A DNA stretch of 32,000 bases from Candidatus Saccharimonadota bacterium (GTDB taxonomy: Bacteria > Patescibacteriota > Gracilibacteria > UBA1369 > 2-02-FULL-48-14): contig JBAZVE010000001.1 of the NCBI GenBank assembly GCA_041661045.1, positions 60,001 to 92,000 on the forward strand, in the 5' to 3' direction. Positions 1 through 7,121 of the stretch are shown one piece after another. The notes under the pieces were generated by a model. It was not told where the DNA came from, did not search any database, and saw only the letters and a program-made list of their open reading frames with translations. Numbering within the stretch: position 1 is the first letter of the stretch; each line of letters begins with the position of its first letter. The position numbers and the translations under genes were made by a program.

Positions 1-1518
1 ATGAAATTGGCTCACCAGGCGGAAATCAAAGTTTTTGACCACTGGAATATCGATGAAGCGGCGAATAATACGGATAAAAAAGATGAGAAAGACCCTCAGT
101 CCGCGCTGCTCAAGCCCATCGCTGCCGCACAAAATGAAGTGGAAGATGAACTCCCTTCGCGGCTTCCCAAAAAGAAATCCTCCATCTTTGAAGTGGTTCG
201 GAATTTGAAGAATAAGGATAAGGGCTTCTCTCTTCGTTCGTATCTTGCGGACCTTAAAAAGAATCGATTGGGGGCACGGCCTCTCAATTTGTATCTCACC
301 CCCGGGAAACGCCGCTTGGTTTTTGGGCTTTTGGGCTCGAGTCTCTTGGTTTTCTTTTTGATTGCCTACATCGCCCTCCCCGGGGCCACGGTTTTGATTG
401 AACCCGCCTCCAATGTGATCAGCAAGGCGGTGAATATTGTGTTGGAGCCCAATCCTTCGGATCCGCGCAGTCTCCAAGCGTACACGGTGGAAACTGAAGT
501 GGAATACACCCTCACGCATCCTGCAACAGGTCTCATCACGGATGAAAGCAGCAATGCCTCCGGAAATCTCACCATCCTCAATACCAGTTCCATTGAACGC
601 CCGCTCGTGAAGGAGACTCGCTTCCAAACGGAAGATGGCATCGTATTTAGGCTTCAGGCGGAAGTCATTGTCCCGGCGGCGAGCAGTGCCGGACCGGGAA
701 GTTTGGTGGCCTTTGTGGTTGCAGACCCCTTGGATGCCAATGGCGTGGCGGTTGGGGAACGGGGCAATATCCCCGCAAGTAAATTCTTTTTACCCGGACT
801 TAAAGAAGACAGCCGTGATGAAGTGTATGCAGAAAGTTACGATGCCATGACGGGGGGACAAACGGTTTCCCGCGTGCAAATCACCGAGAATGATTTGATC
901 GCCGCTCAAGCTCAAATCGAAAAGGATTTGAATGAAAAGGCGGTGGCGGCTTTGCGAAAAGAGGTGCTTGCGGAGTCCAATGCTCAAGGCCTGCAACTTA
1001 AACTGTTGGAAACTTCCGACGCGCTGAATTACGGGCCTGTGCTGGCTTCTTTGCCTTATGCCTTGGTGGGCCAGGAACAGGATTCTTTTGAGGTAACGGG
1101 CACCATGACTATTTCAGGCGTTGCTTACCGACAGGATGAACTTTTTAGTATTTTAAGAGCTGAAATTGTGAGTGCTAAAACACCGGGGAAACGCCTGGTT
1201 TCGGTGGATGAAGATTCCATCAGTCTACAGGTTTTGGAACTTAACGAGAGCGCAGGAAGCTTTAAAATCACGGCTCAAATTCAAGGGATTGAGCAGTATG
1301 AAATTGATCCTGACCTTGAAGGAGGCAATCAATTGGCTGAAAAAATAAAGGAACACATTGCCGGACGATCGATTGAAGAAGCCAAGGCCTACATTCAAAA
1401 CTTGCCTGAAGTGAACAGTGTGGAGATCAGCGTCTGGCCGGTGTGGTCCCCCACCATTTCGAGTCTGCCGGAGAATATTAAAATTAAATCTCTTTCCGAA
1501 GAAGAGGGAATTGAGTAA
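1..1518 (+). CDS. hypothetical membrane-anchored protein (single TM, large beta-rich ectodomain); possibly 5'-truncated by the window edge
   Basis: 505-aa ORF starting at base 1, so the ATG may not be the true start. One hydrophobic helix (LVFGLLGSSLLVFFLIAYIALPG) is followed by about 375 aa with no catalytic motif I recognise. The segment ASGNLTILN..GIVFRL..VVADPLDANGVAVGERGNIP weakly recalls proteins auto-annotated as baseplate-J-like in small-genome bacteria; I do not rely on this. Confidence 0.6.
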   Translation: MKLAHQAEIKVFDHWNIDEAANNTDKKDEKDPQSALLKPIAAAQNEVEDELPSRLPKKKSSIFEVVRNLKNKDKGFSLRSYLADLKKNRLGARPLNLYLTPGKRRLVFGLLGSSLLVFFLIAYIALPGATVLIEPASNVISKAVNIVLEPNPSDPRSLQAYTVETEVEYTLTHPATGLITDESSNASGNLTILNTSSIERPLVKETRFQTEDGIVFRLQAEVIVPAASSAGPGSLVAFVVADPLDANGVAVGERGNIPASKFFLPGLKEDSRDEVYAESYDAMTGGQTVSRVQITENDLIAAQAQIEKDLNEKAVAALRKEVLAESNAQGLQLKLLETSDALNYGPVLASLPYALVGQEQDSFEVTGTMTISGVAYRQDELFSILRAEIVSAKTPGKRLVSVDEDSISLQVLELNESAGSFKITAQIQGIEQYEIDPDLEGGNQLAEKIKEHIAGRSIEEAKAYIQNLPEVNSVEISVWPVWSPTISSLPENIKIKSLSEEEGIE

Positions 1519-1547
1519 ACTCTTTGCAAAGCCTTCGGGTTCACTTT

Positions 1548-2978
1548 ATGGCAAAAATTGCTTCTCAAACTCAAGATTTTCCACAGTGGTATATTGATGT
1601 TGTGGATCATGCCGAGCTCGCTCAGCACAGCCGAGTGAAGGGCTGCATGGTGATTAAACCTTATGGCTATGCCATTTGGGAACTCATCCAAGGCGAGCTG
1701 GATCGCCGTATTAAAGAAGCGGGCGTGCAAAATGCTTATTTCCCGCTCTTCATCCCTCAAAGTTTATTGACTCGAGAAAAGGACCATGTGGAGGGTTTTG
1801 CGCCGGAATGTGCCGTGGTGACTCATGGTGGAGGTCAAGAATTGGCTGAACCTTTGGTGGTTCGCCCAACTTCGGAAACCATTATGTACGATACTTTTTC
1901 CGGGTGGATTCAGAGTTACCGTGATCTCCCTTTGCTCATCAACCAGTGGGCCAATGTGGTGCGCTGGGAAATGCGCACGCGGCCTTTTTTGAGGACGACG
2001 GAATTTTTGTGGCAAGAGGGTCACACTGTGCACGCCACAAAAGCAGAGGCGGAAGCCGAGGTGGCGCGAGCGCTTAAAATGTATGAAGATTTTGATCGTG
2101 ATTTTTTGGCACTCCCCGTTTTGACCGGTACCAAATCGCCCAAAGAAACTTTTGCGGGCGCAGATTACACCCGAACCACCGAGGCTTTGGCCAAGGATGG
2201 AAAAGTGATTCAAGCCGGAACTTCGCATTTGCTTGGACAAACTTTTGCCAAGGCTTTCGACATTAAATTCCAGGATGAAAAGGGCGAAATGCAGTATGGA
2301 TGGCAAACTTCTTGGGGGCTCTCCACTCGTATTATTGGAACCCTTATTGTGTGTCACGGAGATGAAAAAGGTCTGGTGCTCCCTCCAAGAGTTGCTCCGT
2401 ACCAGGTGGTTATTGTTCCTATTTGGAAGAATGAAGAAGAACAGGCAAAGGTACTTGAAGTGGTGCAAAAATTGAGCGGCGAGCTCAAGGGCCTTGGCGT
2501 GAGAGTGCGCAGCGATGTGCGAGACACCGTGAGTCCCGGATTCAAATTCAACGAATGGGAACTCAAAGGGGTGCCGCTCAGAGTTGAAATTGGGCCTCGG
2601 GATGTGGCGGAAGGAAAGGCTGTTTTGGCACGACGGGATGATGGTGAAAAATCTTCGATGGATTTGGCTGGTTTGGCAGCCGCGATACCGGCTATCTTGG
2701 AAAATATTCAAGGCGAGATGCTCAAGCGAGCGCAGGAACATTTGGCTAGCAATATCCGCGAGGCGGAGAGCATAGAAGAAATGGTGAAGCTATTGGATGA
2801 GCAGGGCGGCTTTGTAAAAGCCGCCTGGGCCGGAACGGAAGAGGATGAGAAAAAGATTCAAGAAAAAACCAAGGCCACCATCCGCGTTGTTTCTGAGGAG
2901 AAGTGGCCCGAACCCCGCGACTGCATCTTCACCGGAAAAAAGACGGACACAATGGTGTACTTTGCACGAGCGTACTAA
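1548..2978 (+). CDS. proS: prolyl-tRNA synthetase, archaeal/eukaryote-like class II type
   Basis: The track ORF 1524..2978 starts at TTG. The first ATG at 1548 gives MAKIASQTQDFPQWYIDVV.., FPLFIP, VVRPTSETIMY and GTSHLLGQTFAKAFDIKF, at about 476 aa. The C-terminus ends ..VYFARAY, with the terminal Tyr typical of this ProRS type. Confidence 0.95.
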   Translation: MAKIASQTQDFPQWYIDVVDHAELAQHSRVKGCMVIKPYGYAIWELIQGELDRRIKEAGVQNAYFPLFIPQSLLTREKDHVEGFAPECAVVTHGGGQELAEPLVVRPTSETIMYDTFSGWIQSYRDLPLLINQWANVVRWEMRTRPFLRTTEFLWQEGHTVHATKAEAEAEVARALKMYEDFDRDFLALPVLTGTKSPKETFAGADYTRTTEALAKDGKVIQAGTSHLLGQTFAKAFDIKFQDEKGEMQYGWQTSWGLSTRIIGTLIVCHGDEKGLVLPPRVAPYQVVIVPIWKNEEEQAKVLEVVQKLSGELKGLGVRVRSDVRDTVSPGFKFNEWELKGVPLRVEIGPRDVAEGKAVLARRDDGEKSSMDLAGLAAAIPAILENIQGEMLKRAQEHLASNIREAESIEEMVKLLDEQGGFVKAAWAGTEEDEKKIQEKTKATIRVVSEEKWPEPRDCIFTGKKTDTMVYFARAY

Positions 2979-3709
2979 AGCCCCAACTGTTTTCGGATTT
3001 CATCTGCTTTGCCTTGATCTTCCTGCCCTTTTGCTTCCGCTTTGATGGCGATTTCGATGTCTTTCCAGTCGGCGGCGTGCTCTTCTTCCAACTTTTTGAG
3101 CTGAGTGCCGTGCTTGGGGGACAATTCGATGAACTTGGTTCGTTCTTCTTCAAAGATTCGTATCAATTCATCCACCTGCTCTTGTCTTAATTTTGGAATG
3201 GAATCGACGATTTTCTTCTTTTCATCTTTCGTCAGTGAGATGGATCCGGCCAAAAGATTGAGGAATCGATCTTCGTCGAATTTGAGGCTGTGCGTAGGCA
3301 GTTTTACCGTGGTGGTGAACGATTTCATGCGTTCCCCAAATAAATAATTGGGGTCGGAAGGGGGTTGTGCACCCGCTCCTGCCGCACCTGCGTTGTCTCC
3401 ATAAGGATTTCCCATCCCTGCCATGGGGGCCATTGGGGCCATCGGTGGCGGAGGGGGCATTGGCGCCTGGTACACCGGGGTTGCCGGAGCCATGGGTGGC
3501 GTTGGAGCTTGGTATACTGGAGCAACCGGGGCCACTGGCGCTGCCGGAGTCACTGGAACTGGTGGTGGCGTTACCGGGCTTGGGGGTACCGAGCTTGGGG
3601 GTACCGGAGTAGCCGGGTTCACCCCACCTGCAAATCCTCCTCCTTGAGAAGGGTCGAATGCAAATCCTCCCATATATGCTCCGCCTTGTGTTTGGTTGTC
3701 GTCTGCCAT
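2975..3709 (-). CDS. Pro/Ala/Gly-rich protein with conserved helical C-terminal domain (unclassified family; paralog of 22015..22539)
   Basis: 244-aa ORF. The N-terminal ~130 aa are low complexity (PVPPSSVPPSPVTPPPVPVTPAAPVAPVAPVYQAPTPPMAP..). The C-terminal ~110 aa align by eye with the 174-aa protein at 22015..22539. That homology supports the minus strand over the Gly-rich mirror ORF on plus. Confidence 0.8.
   Translation of the reverse strand: MADDNQTQGGAYMGGFAFDPSQGGGFAGGVNPATPVPPSSVPPSPVTPPPVPVTPAAPVAPVAPVYQAPTPPMAPATPVYQAPMPPPPPMAPMAPMAGMGNPYGDNAGAAGAGAQPPSDPNYLFGERMKSFTTTVKLPTHSLKFDEDRFLNLLAGSISLTKDEKKKIVDSIPKLRQEQVDELIRIFEEERTKFIELSPKHGTQLKKLEEEHAADWKDIEIAIKAEAKGQEDQGKADEIRKQLGL
3460..3607 (-). 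repeat. intragenic low-complexity coding repeats (Pro-rich region)
   Basis: GCTTGGGGGTACCG(A/G) occurs twice in tandem at 3578..3607. TTGG(C/A)GC(C/T)TGGTA(C/T)AC(C/T)GG(G/A)G occurs at 3460..3480 and 3502..3522 (42-nt spacing, encoding PVYQAP twice). Confidence 0.7.
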
Positions 3710-3763
3710 GTTCGTTTATGTTGTCTTTAACAGTTTACCTTATTTTAGGCTCTTTGGGAATAT

Positions 3764-3801
3764 AAAAAAGAGGGCCCCCTCCACGCCATGAAGAGCCCTC
3801 T
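3764..3801 (-). terminator. terminator-like hairpin plus U-tract inside the putative 5' leader of 2975..3709 (candidate attenuator)
   Basis: On the minus strand, AGAGGGC (3801..3795) pairs with GCCCUCU (3775..3769). An inner CUCUUC/GGAGGG extension uses G-U pairs. UUUUUAUAUU follows. No minus-strand gene lies upstream that would need terminating. Confidence 0.35.
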
Positions 3802-3852
3802 CCAACCATAAGTAACCTGTTGCTTAGTTGACTGTATGTCAAATAAGTGTCA

Positions 3853-3881
3853 ATTATATACAATTATCCGGAGCTTGTCTA
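3853..3881 (-). promoter_or_regulatory. candidate sigma70-type promoter for 2975..3709 (long leader)
   Basis: Minus strand TAGACA (3881..3876), 17-nt spacer, TATAAT (3858..3853). The -35 overlaps the -35 of the divergent plus-strand promoter. Confidence 0.4.
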
Positions 3882-3903
3882 GTCTTTTTATTTTCGATAT
3901 GCT
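3875..3903 (+). promoter_or_regulatory. candidate promoter for the S8 protease gene, leaderless geometry
   Basis: TTGTCT (3875..3880), 17-nt spacer, TATGCT (3898..3903), then 6 nt to ATG at 3910. No Shine-Dalgarno sequence. Confidence 0.4.
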
Positions 3904-3909
3904 TTTGGC

Positions 3910-5118
3910 ATGAAAAACACCTGGTATTCCTTCCTCCCGCTCCTTGTGGTTACCGTGCTCGCGCTCAGTTTGGGCGCTTTGGAAGCCAACAAGAGACCGG
4001 AGTATTTTTCCGACTCTTCTTTGGAAACTTTAAAGTCTTTGAACGCGGAACACCAAATGGTGGCCACGGACCTTTTGACCACAGAAAAGTCTGAACTGGT
4101 GAGCGAGCTTTTGCAGGCTAATGCTTTCCTGGATGCTCATCCTCCCGTGGACGCTCGCGGCTTGGTGGTGAGCCTGAAAGATGGCAATGGTCTGCTGCTG
4201 CTTCAACCTGTGGAATCCCTGCAAGACGCGGAGCTTCAAGTGCTTGGAGACACCTATCAATTGGCCATCCCTGAGTTTGAAGAAGTGGAATTGGATCAAG
4301 ATTTGGAACTATTCAGCCCCTTGTACAATTGGGACTTTCCTTTTAGCTCCACTCCAAAAGAGCAAGCCCTCCCCCCGGAAGATTCCGTGGATTTGGCGGA
4401 AGAGACCGTTCAAGTGGCCGTGATCGATAGCGGGGTGGACGGAAGTCATGAAATTTTTGCGGGAGTGACGGTGGCGGAGGGGTGGAACACCCTTTTGGAC
4501 AATACCGATGCTTACGATGATGTTGGCCATGGCACTCATGTGGCCGGAATCATTGCCACTGCTGCACCCGGCGTTGAAATTGTCCCTTATAAAATTGTGG
4601 ACAGTAATGGCGGTCGACTCTCCAATGTGCTGGAAGCCATGGCGCGCGCGCTTGCGGATGAGGTTGAAATTATGAACACCAGTTTTGGTCTTGCATCCCC
4701 CTCTTTCTCCTTAGAAACCATGTTGGAGCAGGCGTACAATCAAGGGGTCATTGTGGTTTCTGCTGCGGGAAACAATTCGGCGGAAACGGGTTTTTACCCT
4801 GCAGAATATGAGCACAGCATTTCTGTGGCCAGTGTGGATTCGCAGGGAGTGAAATTGCCACGGTCCAATTATGGAAGCTGGGTGGACCTTGCCGCTTACG
4901 GCTACCATGTGCGCAGCGCTCTGCCCGATGGACAATATGGGTACAAGACCGGTACTTCCCAGGCCGCGCCTGTTGTGAGTGCCGCGGTGGCTCGCCTCCT
5001 CATGAGCCCACACACCGAAGAAGAGCTCACCTTTGAGGCCATTCTCAGCGCCCTTCAAAACTCCTCCGGCTCCACCATTGCGGAGGGAGAACTTGCGGGC
5101 ATCCCCATCGTTGAGTAG
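3910..5118 (+). CDS. subtilisin-like serine protease (peptidase S8), secreted or membrane-anchored
   Basis: Catalytic Asp in VAVIDSGVD, His in GHGTHVAGIIA, Asn in SAAGNN and Ser in GTSQAAPVVSAAVARL. N-terminal signal/anchor MKNTWYSFLPLLVVTVLALSLGALEA. Confidence 0.92.
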   Translation: MKNTWYSFLPLLVVTVLALSLGALEANKRPEYFSDSSLETLKSLNAEHQMVATDLLTTEKSELVSELLQANAFLDAHPPVDARGLVVSLKDGNGLLLLQPVESLQDAELQVLGDTYQLAIPEFEEVELDQDLELFSPLYNWDFPFSSTPKEQALPPEDSVDLAEETVQVAVIDSGVDGSHEIFAGVTVAEGWNTLLDNTDAYDDVGHGTHVAGIIATAAPGVEIVPYKIVDSNGGRLSNVLEAMARALADEVEIMNTSFGLASPSFSLETMLEQAYNQGVIVVSAAGNNSAETGFYPAEYEHSISVASVDSQGVKLPRSNYGSWVDLAAYGYHVRSALPDGQYGYKTGTSQAAPVVSAAVARLLMSPHTEEELTFEAILSALQNSSGSTIAEGELAGIPIVE

Positions 5119-5127
5119 AATGGGCCC

Positions 5128-5148
5128 GCGGTCCGAAAGGATCGCTTT
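5128..5148 (+). terminator. possible intrinsic terminator after the S8 protease gene
   Basis: GCGGTCC-GAAA-GGATCGC is a 7-bp stem with one G-U pair and a GAAA tetraloop, followed by only TTT. It lies 5 nt before tRNA-Val, so it may instead be part of the tRNA precursor. Confidence 0.35.
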
Positions 5149-5153
5149 ACGGA

Positions 5154-5230
5154 GGGCGGTTAGCTCAGCTGGTTAGAGCGCCACATTGACATTGTGGAGG
5201 TCGGTGGTTCGAGTCCACTATCGCCCACCA
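5154..5230 (+). tRNA. tRNA-Val (anticodon GAC), CCA encoded
   Basis: Hand-folded cloverleaf of 77 nt: acceptor GGGCGGT/ATCGCCC, D arm GCTC-AGCTGGTTA-GAGC, anticodon arm CCACA-TTGACAT-TGTGG, variable AGGTC, T arm GGTGG-TTCGAGT-CCACT, discriminator A, CCA. Confidence 0.93.
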
Positions 5231-5269
5231 TTTCTCACTTTCGGCACATTCCAGTATGGCATTGAAGGT

Positions 5270-6283
5270 TCAGTCAGCTTGAGCAAGTTTCTCAAATAGC
5301 CTCATAAGCGCTGAATGGATCAATTTGCCATTTCTGTCGTCGCCATTAGTCTGAAGAACTTGCTGTGATGGATCGTCGGGGAAGAGGCGTGCCTGGAGTT
5401 CACGGATGCTCGTTATGAATTTTTGAATTTTTGGGATAAGATCCAACGGCACTTTCGTTAATTGAGGCACTGGATCCTCAAAACTGGCATAATACCGAAG
5501 GAGTTGAAGTAAAACCTTATAAGGTACACAGAAAATACCTTGTTGAACATCTATCGTGTCAGGTTCAGTGCCGTAGCCATATGTTTTAGGTCTGTCATAG
5601 GTTTTGGCGACCCAATTCTCATAGAAATCGTTTCTATTTACCGGTTTTTCTACTAAGGAGCTTATTGCTTTATGAGTAGCTTCTTTCAGTCCTTGCTCTA
5701 TTAAATCTTGATCAGGCTTTGCCCCTGATTCGATTGAAGCTTTTTTATAAGATGCTATACCCGAGGAAATTCTGTCTGGATGATCAAATCCGCCAGTTCT
5801 AAGGGCTGATTCAAAATGTGTTTTTTCGCGGATTGCAGTGATTTTAATAGTGTCCCCAAGCTTATCGATGATTGCTTGTGCAAGCGAAGCAGCATTTTCA
5901 CTTACTTTTTCGCATAGTGTTTTGAAAGATGGGCCATCAGTAGGGAATGGTTCTCGTAGATGTAAAAGGAAGTTTAGAGGCAGAGACTCCAATTCCCCTT
6001 TTATTCTTGTGAGTAGGCGCTCTCCACTTTGGCGAAAAGCCTCCCTCGTAACAGGTGAATTCGCGACCTTTCCTGCATTTGCGGGAGACGCACCATTCCT
6101 AATAAGTTTTACTTCCAAAGTTTCCAGCCAATTTCCACGTGGAGTTGTTTCTCTTATGCTTGAATATCCCAAGATATGATCTAGAACAGAATCTAGTTTT
6201 CTGGGGTCAGTCCCTTCATATTGATTGAGATCGGCCAGTGCCCAATCTATAAGTCCGTTTTCGTCTGCTTGATCCACATTCAT
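5270..6283 (-). CDS. hypothetical protein (orphan, tRNA-adjacent cassette cargo)
   Basis: 337-aa ORF with no motif recognised and a largely helical-looking sequence. It has a strong private promoter. Its use of TTA/CTA/TCA codons is atypical for this window. Confidence 0.75.
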   Translation of the reverse strand: MNVDQADENGLIDWALADLNQYEGTDPRKLDSVLDHILGYSSIRETTPRGNWLETLEVKLIRNGASPANAGKVANSPVTREAFRQSGERLLTRIKGELESLPLNFLLHLREPFPTDGPSFKTLCEKVSENAASLAQAIIDKLGDTIKITAIREKTHFESALRTGGFDHPDRISSGIASYKKASIESGAKPDQDLIEQGLKEATHKAISSLVEKPVNRNDFYENWVAKTYDRPKTYGYGTEPDTIDVQQGIFCVPYKVLLQLLRYYASFEDPVPQLTKVPLDLIPKIQKFITSIRELQARLFPDDPSQQVLQTNGDDRNGKLIHSALMRLFEKLAQAD

Positions 6284-6289
6284 ATTTAT

Positions 6290-6317
6290 ATTATAACATA
6301 TTTATGTGGAGAATCAA
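6290..6317 (-). promoter_or_regulatory. near-consensus promoter with extended -10, leaderless geometry, for 5270..6283
   Basis: Minus strand TTGATT (6317..6312), 16-nt spacer ending in TGT, TATAAT (6295..6290), then 6 nt (ATAAAT) to ATG at 6283. Confidence 0.55.
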
Positions 6318-6418
6318 TATTTTAGATGAATCGAGAGAAATTTACTTATTTCATTTTTAATAGTTCTAGAATCATCCTTTTAGCCCACCAATTCACCTAA
6401 AGATTTTCGTATTTTAGC

Positions 6419-7111
6419 TTAGTCCTCAATTCCCAACTCATTGCAGCGATCAGTCAGTAGACTTACATAGCTTATTTTTTCCTTTAGTTGAGTGTCCATG
6501 GTGGACCAGCGGGCTAATTCGGTGCGCCCAAGGTTTTCGGCATCCATGGTGTCAAGAAAAACCCTTTCTCCATCGAGGAGTGCGAGAAGACTATAAGCAC
6601 GGGGACAGCAGTTTGGATCCATGGAAACTTTGCTCAAGGCATCGTATTCATAAGGGACAGCGTTGAATACTTCTTGTTCAATTCGGCACCACAGATCTTC
6701 GCCTATTTTTATTTCATTCTCAAAAATTTGAGGGGCTATAGCACCCTCATCCAATTCCTCCTCTCCGCCCGTATCCTCATTCTCCCCCTTGCTTTCTCCA
6801 AGGCTATCCTTTGCAAGATCATGAATATTGGCAATGAGCGTTGCCACGGTCCCATCGTAGGGGATCTCTCCCGTAAGGGCTTCTTCTACTTCTACCCTAA
6901 CTTCAGGTCCATAAGCATCAAAAACCTCTCTTAGTGGGATTTGTTCATTAATAGGTCCGGCGGGCGCATTTACCCTTCCCCCACCGGGAATATCGACCAA
7001 CTCCACCATCCCGTTCTCTTGATCGTGGCACAACATCTCCGGAGTTTTCGCGCGGCATGCCCCAAGGGTACCCGCAAGTGCAAGAGCCTTTAAAAAAGGT
7101 GGAGTTTCCAT
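6419..7111 (-). CDS. putative lipoprotein, Cys-rich, acidic
   Basis: The track ORF extends to 7183, but that would overlap the upstream gene by 62 nt. The ATG at 7111 gives METPPFLKALALAGTLGAC with a lipobox-like LGAC, and it starts 10 nt after the stop of 7122..8774. Confidence 0.7.
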   Translation of the reverse strand: METPPFLKALALAGTLGACRAKTPEMLCHDQENGMVELVDIPGGGRVNAPAGPINEQIPLREVFDAYGPEVRVEVEEALTGEIPYDGTVATLIANIHDLAKDSLGESKGENEDTGGEEELDEGAIAPQIFENEIKIGEDLWCRIEQEVFNAVPYEYDALSKVSMDPNCCPRAYSLLALLDGERVFLDTMDAENLGRTELARWSTMDTQLKEKISYVSLLTDRCNELGIED

Positions 7112-7121
7112 AAAAGGAGTA

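Noticed and set aside
3423-3647. Gly-rich 74-aa ORF (and 3365..3730, 3367..3612) on the plus strand opposite the Pro-rich gene.
   Set aside because: This is the mirror image of CCN-rich coding sequence. The minus-strand protein has a C-terminal domain homologous to a second protein in the window, which fixes the coding strand.
3828-3864. My first-pass protease promoter TGTCAA-16-TACAAT, and an operator-like inverted repeat TTGAC-N5-GTCAA with TGTCAA repeated at 11-nt spacing.
   Set aside because: The symmetric TTGTCT-17-TATGCT / TAGACA-17-TATAAT pair fits both genes better. The inverted repeat is retained only as a possible 5' hairpin of the minus-strand leader, not as a separate feature.
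5270-6283. Possible homology between the two tRNA-flanking cassette proteins (337 aa and 268 aa).
   Set aside because: Only scattered short coincidences appear by eye (for example F-I/L-x-S-I/L near the C-termini). This is not supportable without profile or structure comparison.
6383-6390. Treating GCCCACCA as a proven att site and 5231..6390 as a delimited mobile element.
   Set aside because: An 8-nt match is suggestive only, and no recombinase is present. Atypical codons continue into the next gene. It is kept as a hypothesis inside a finding and not annotated as a mobile_element feature.
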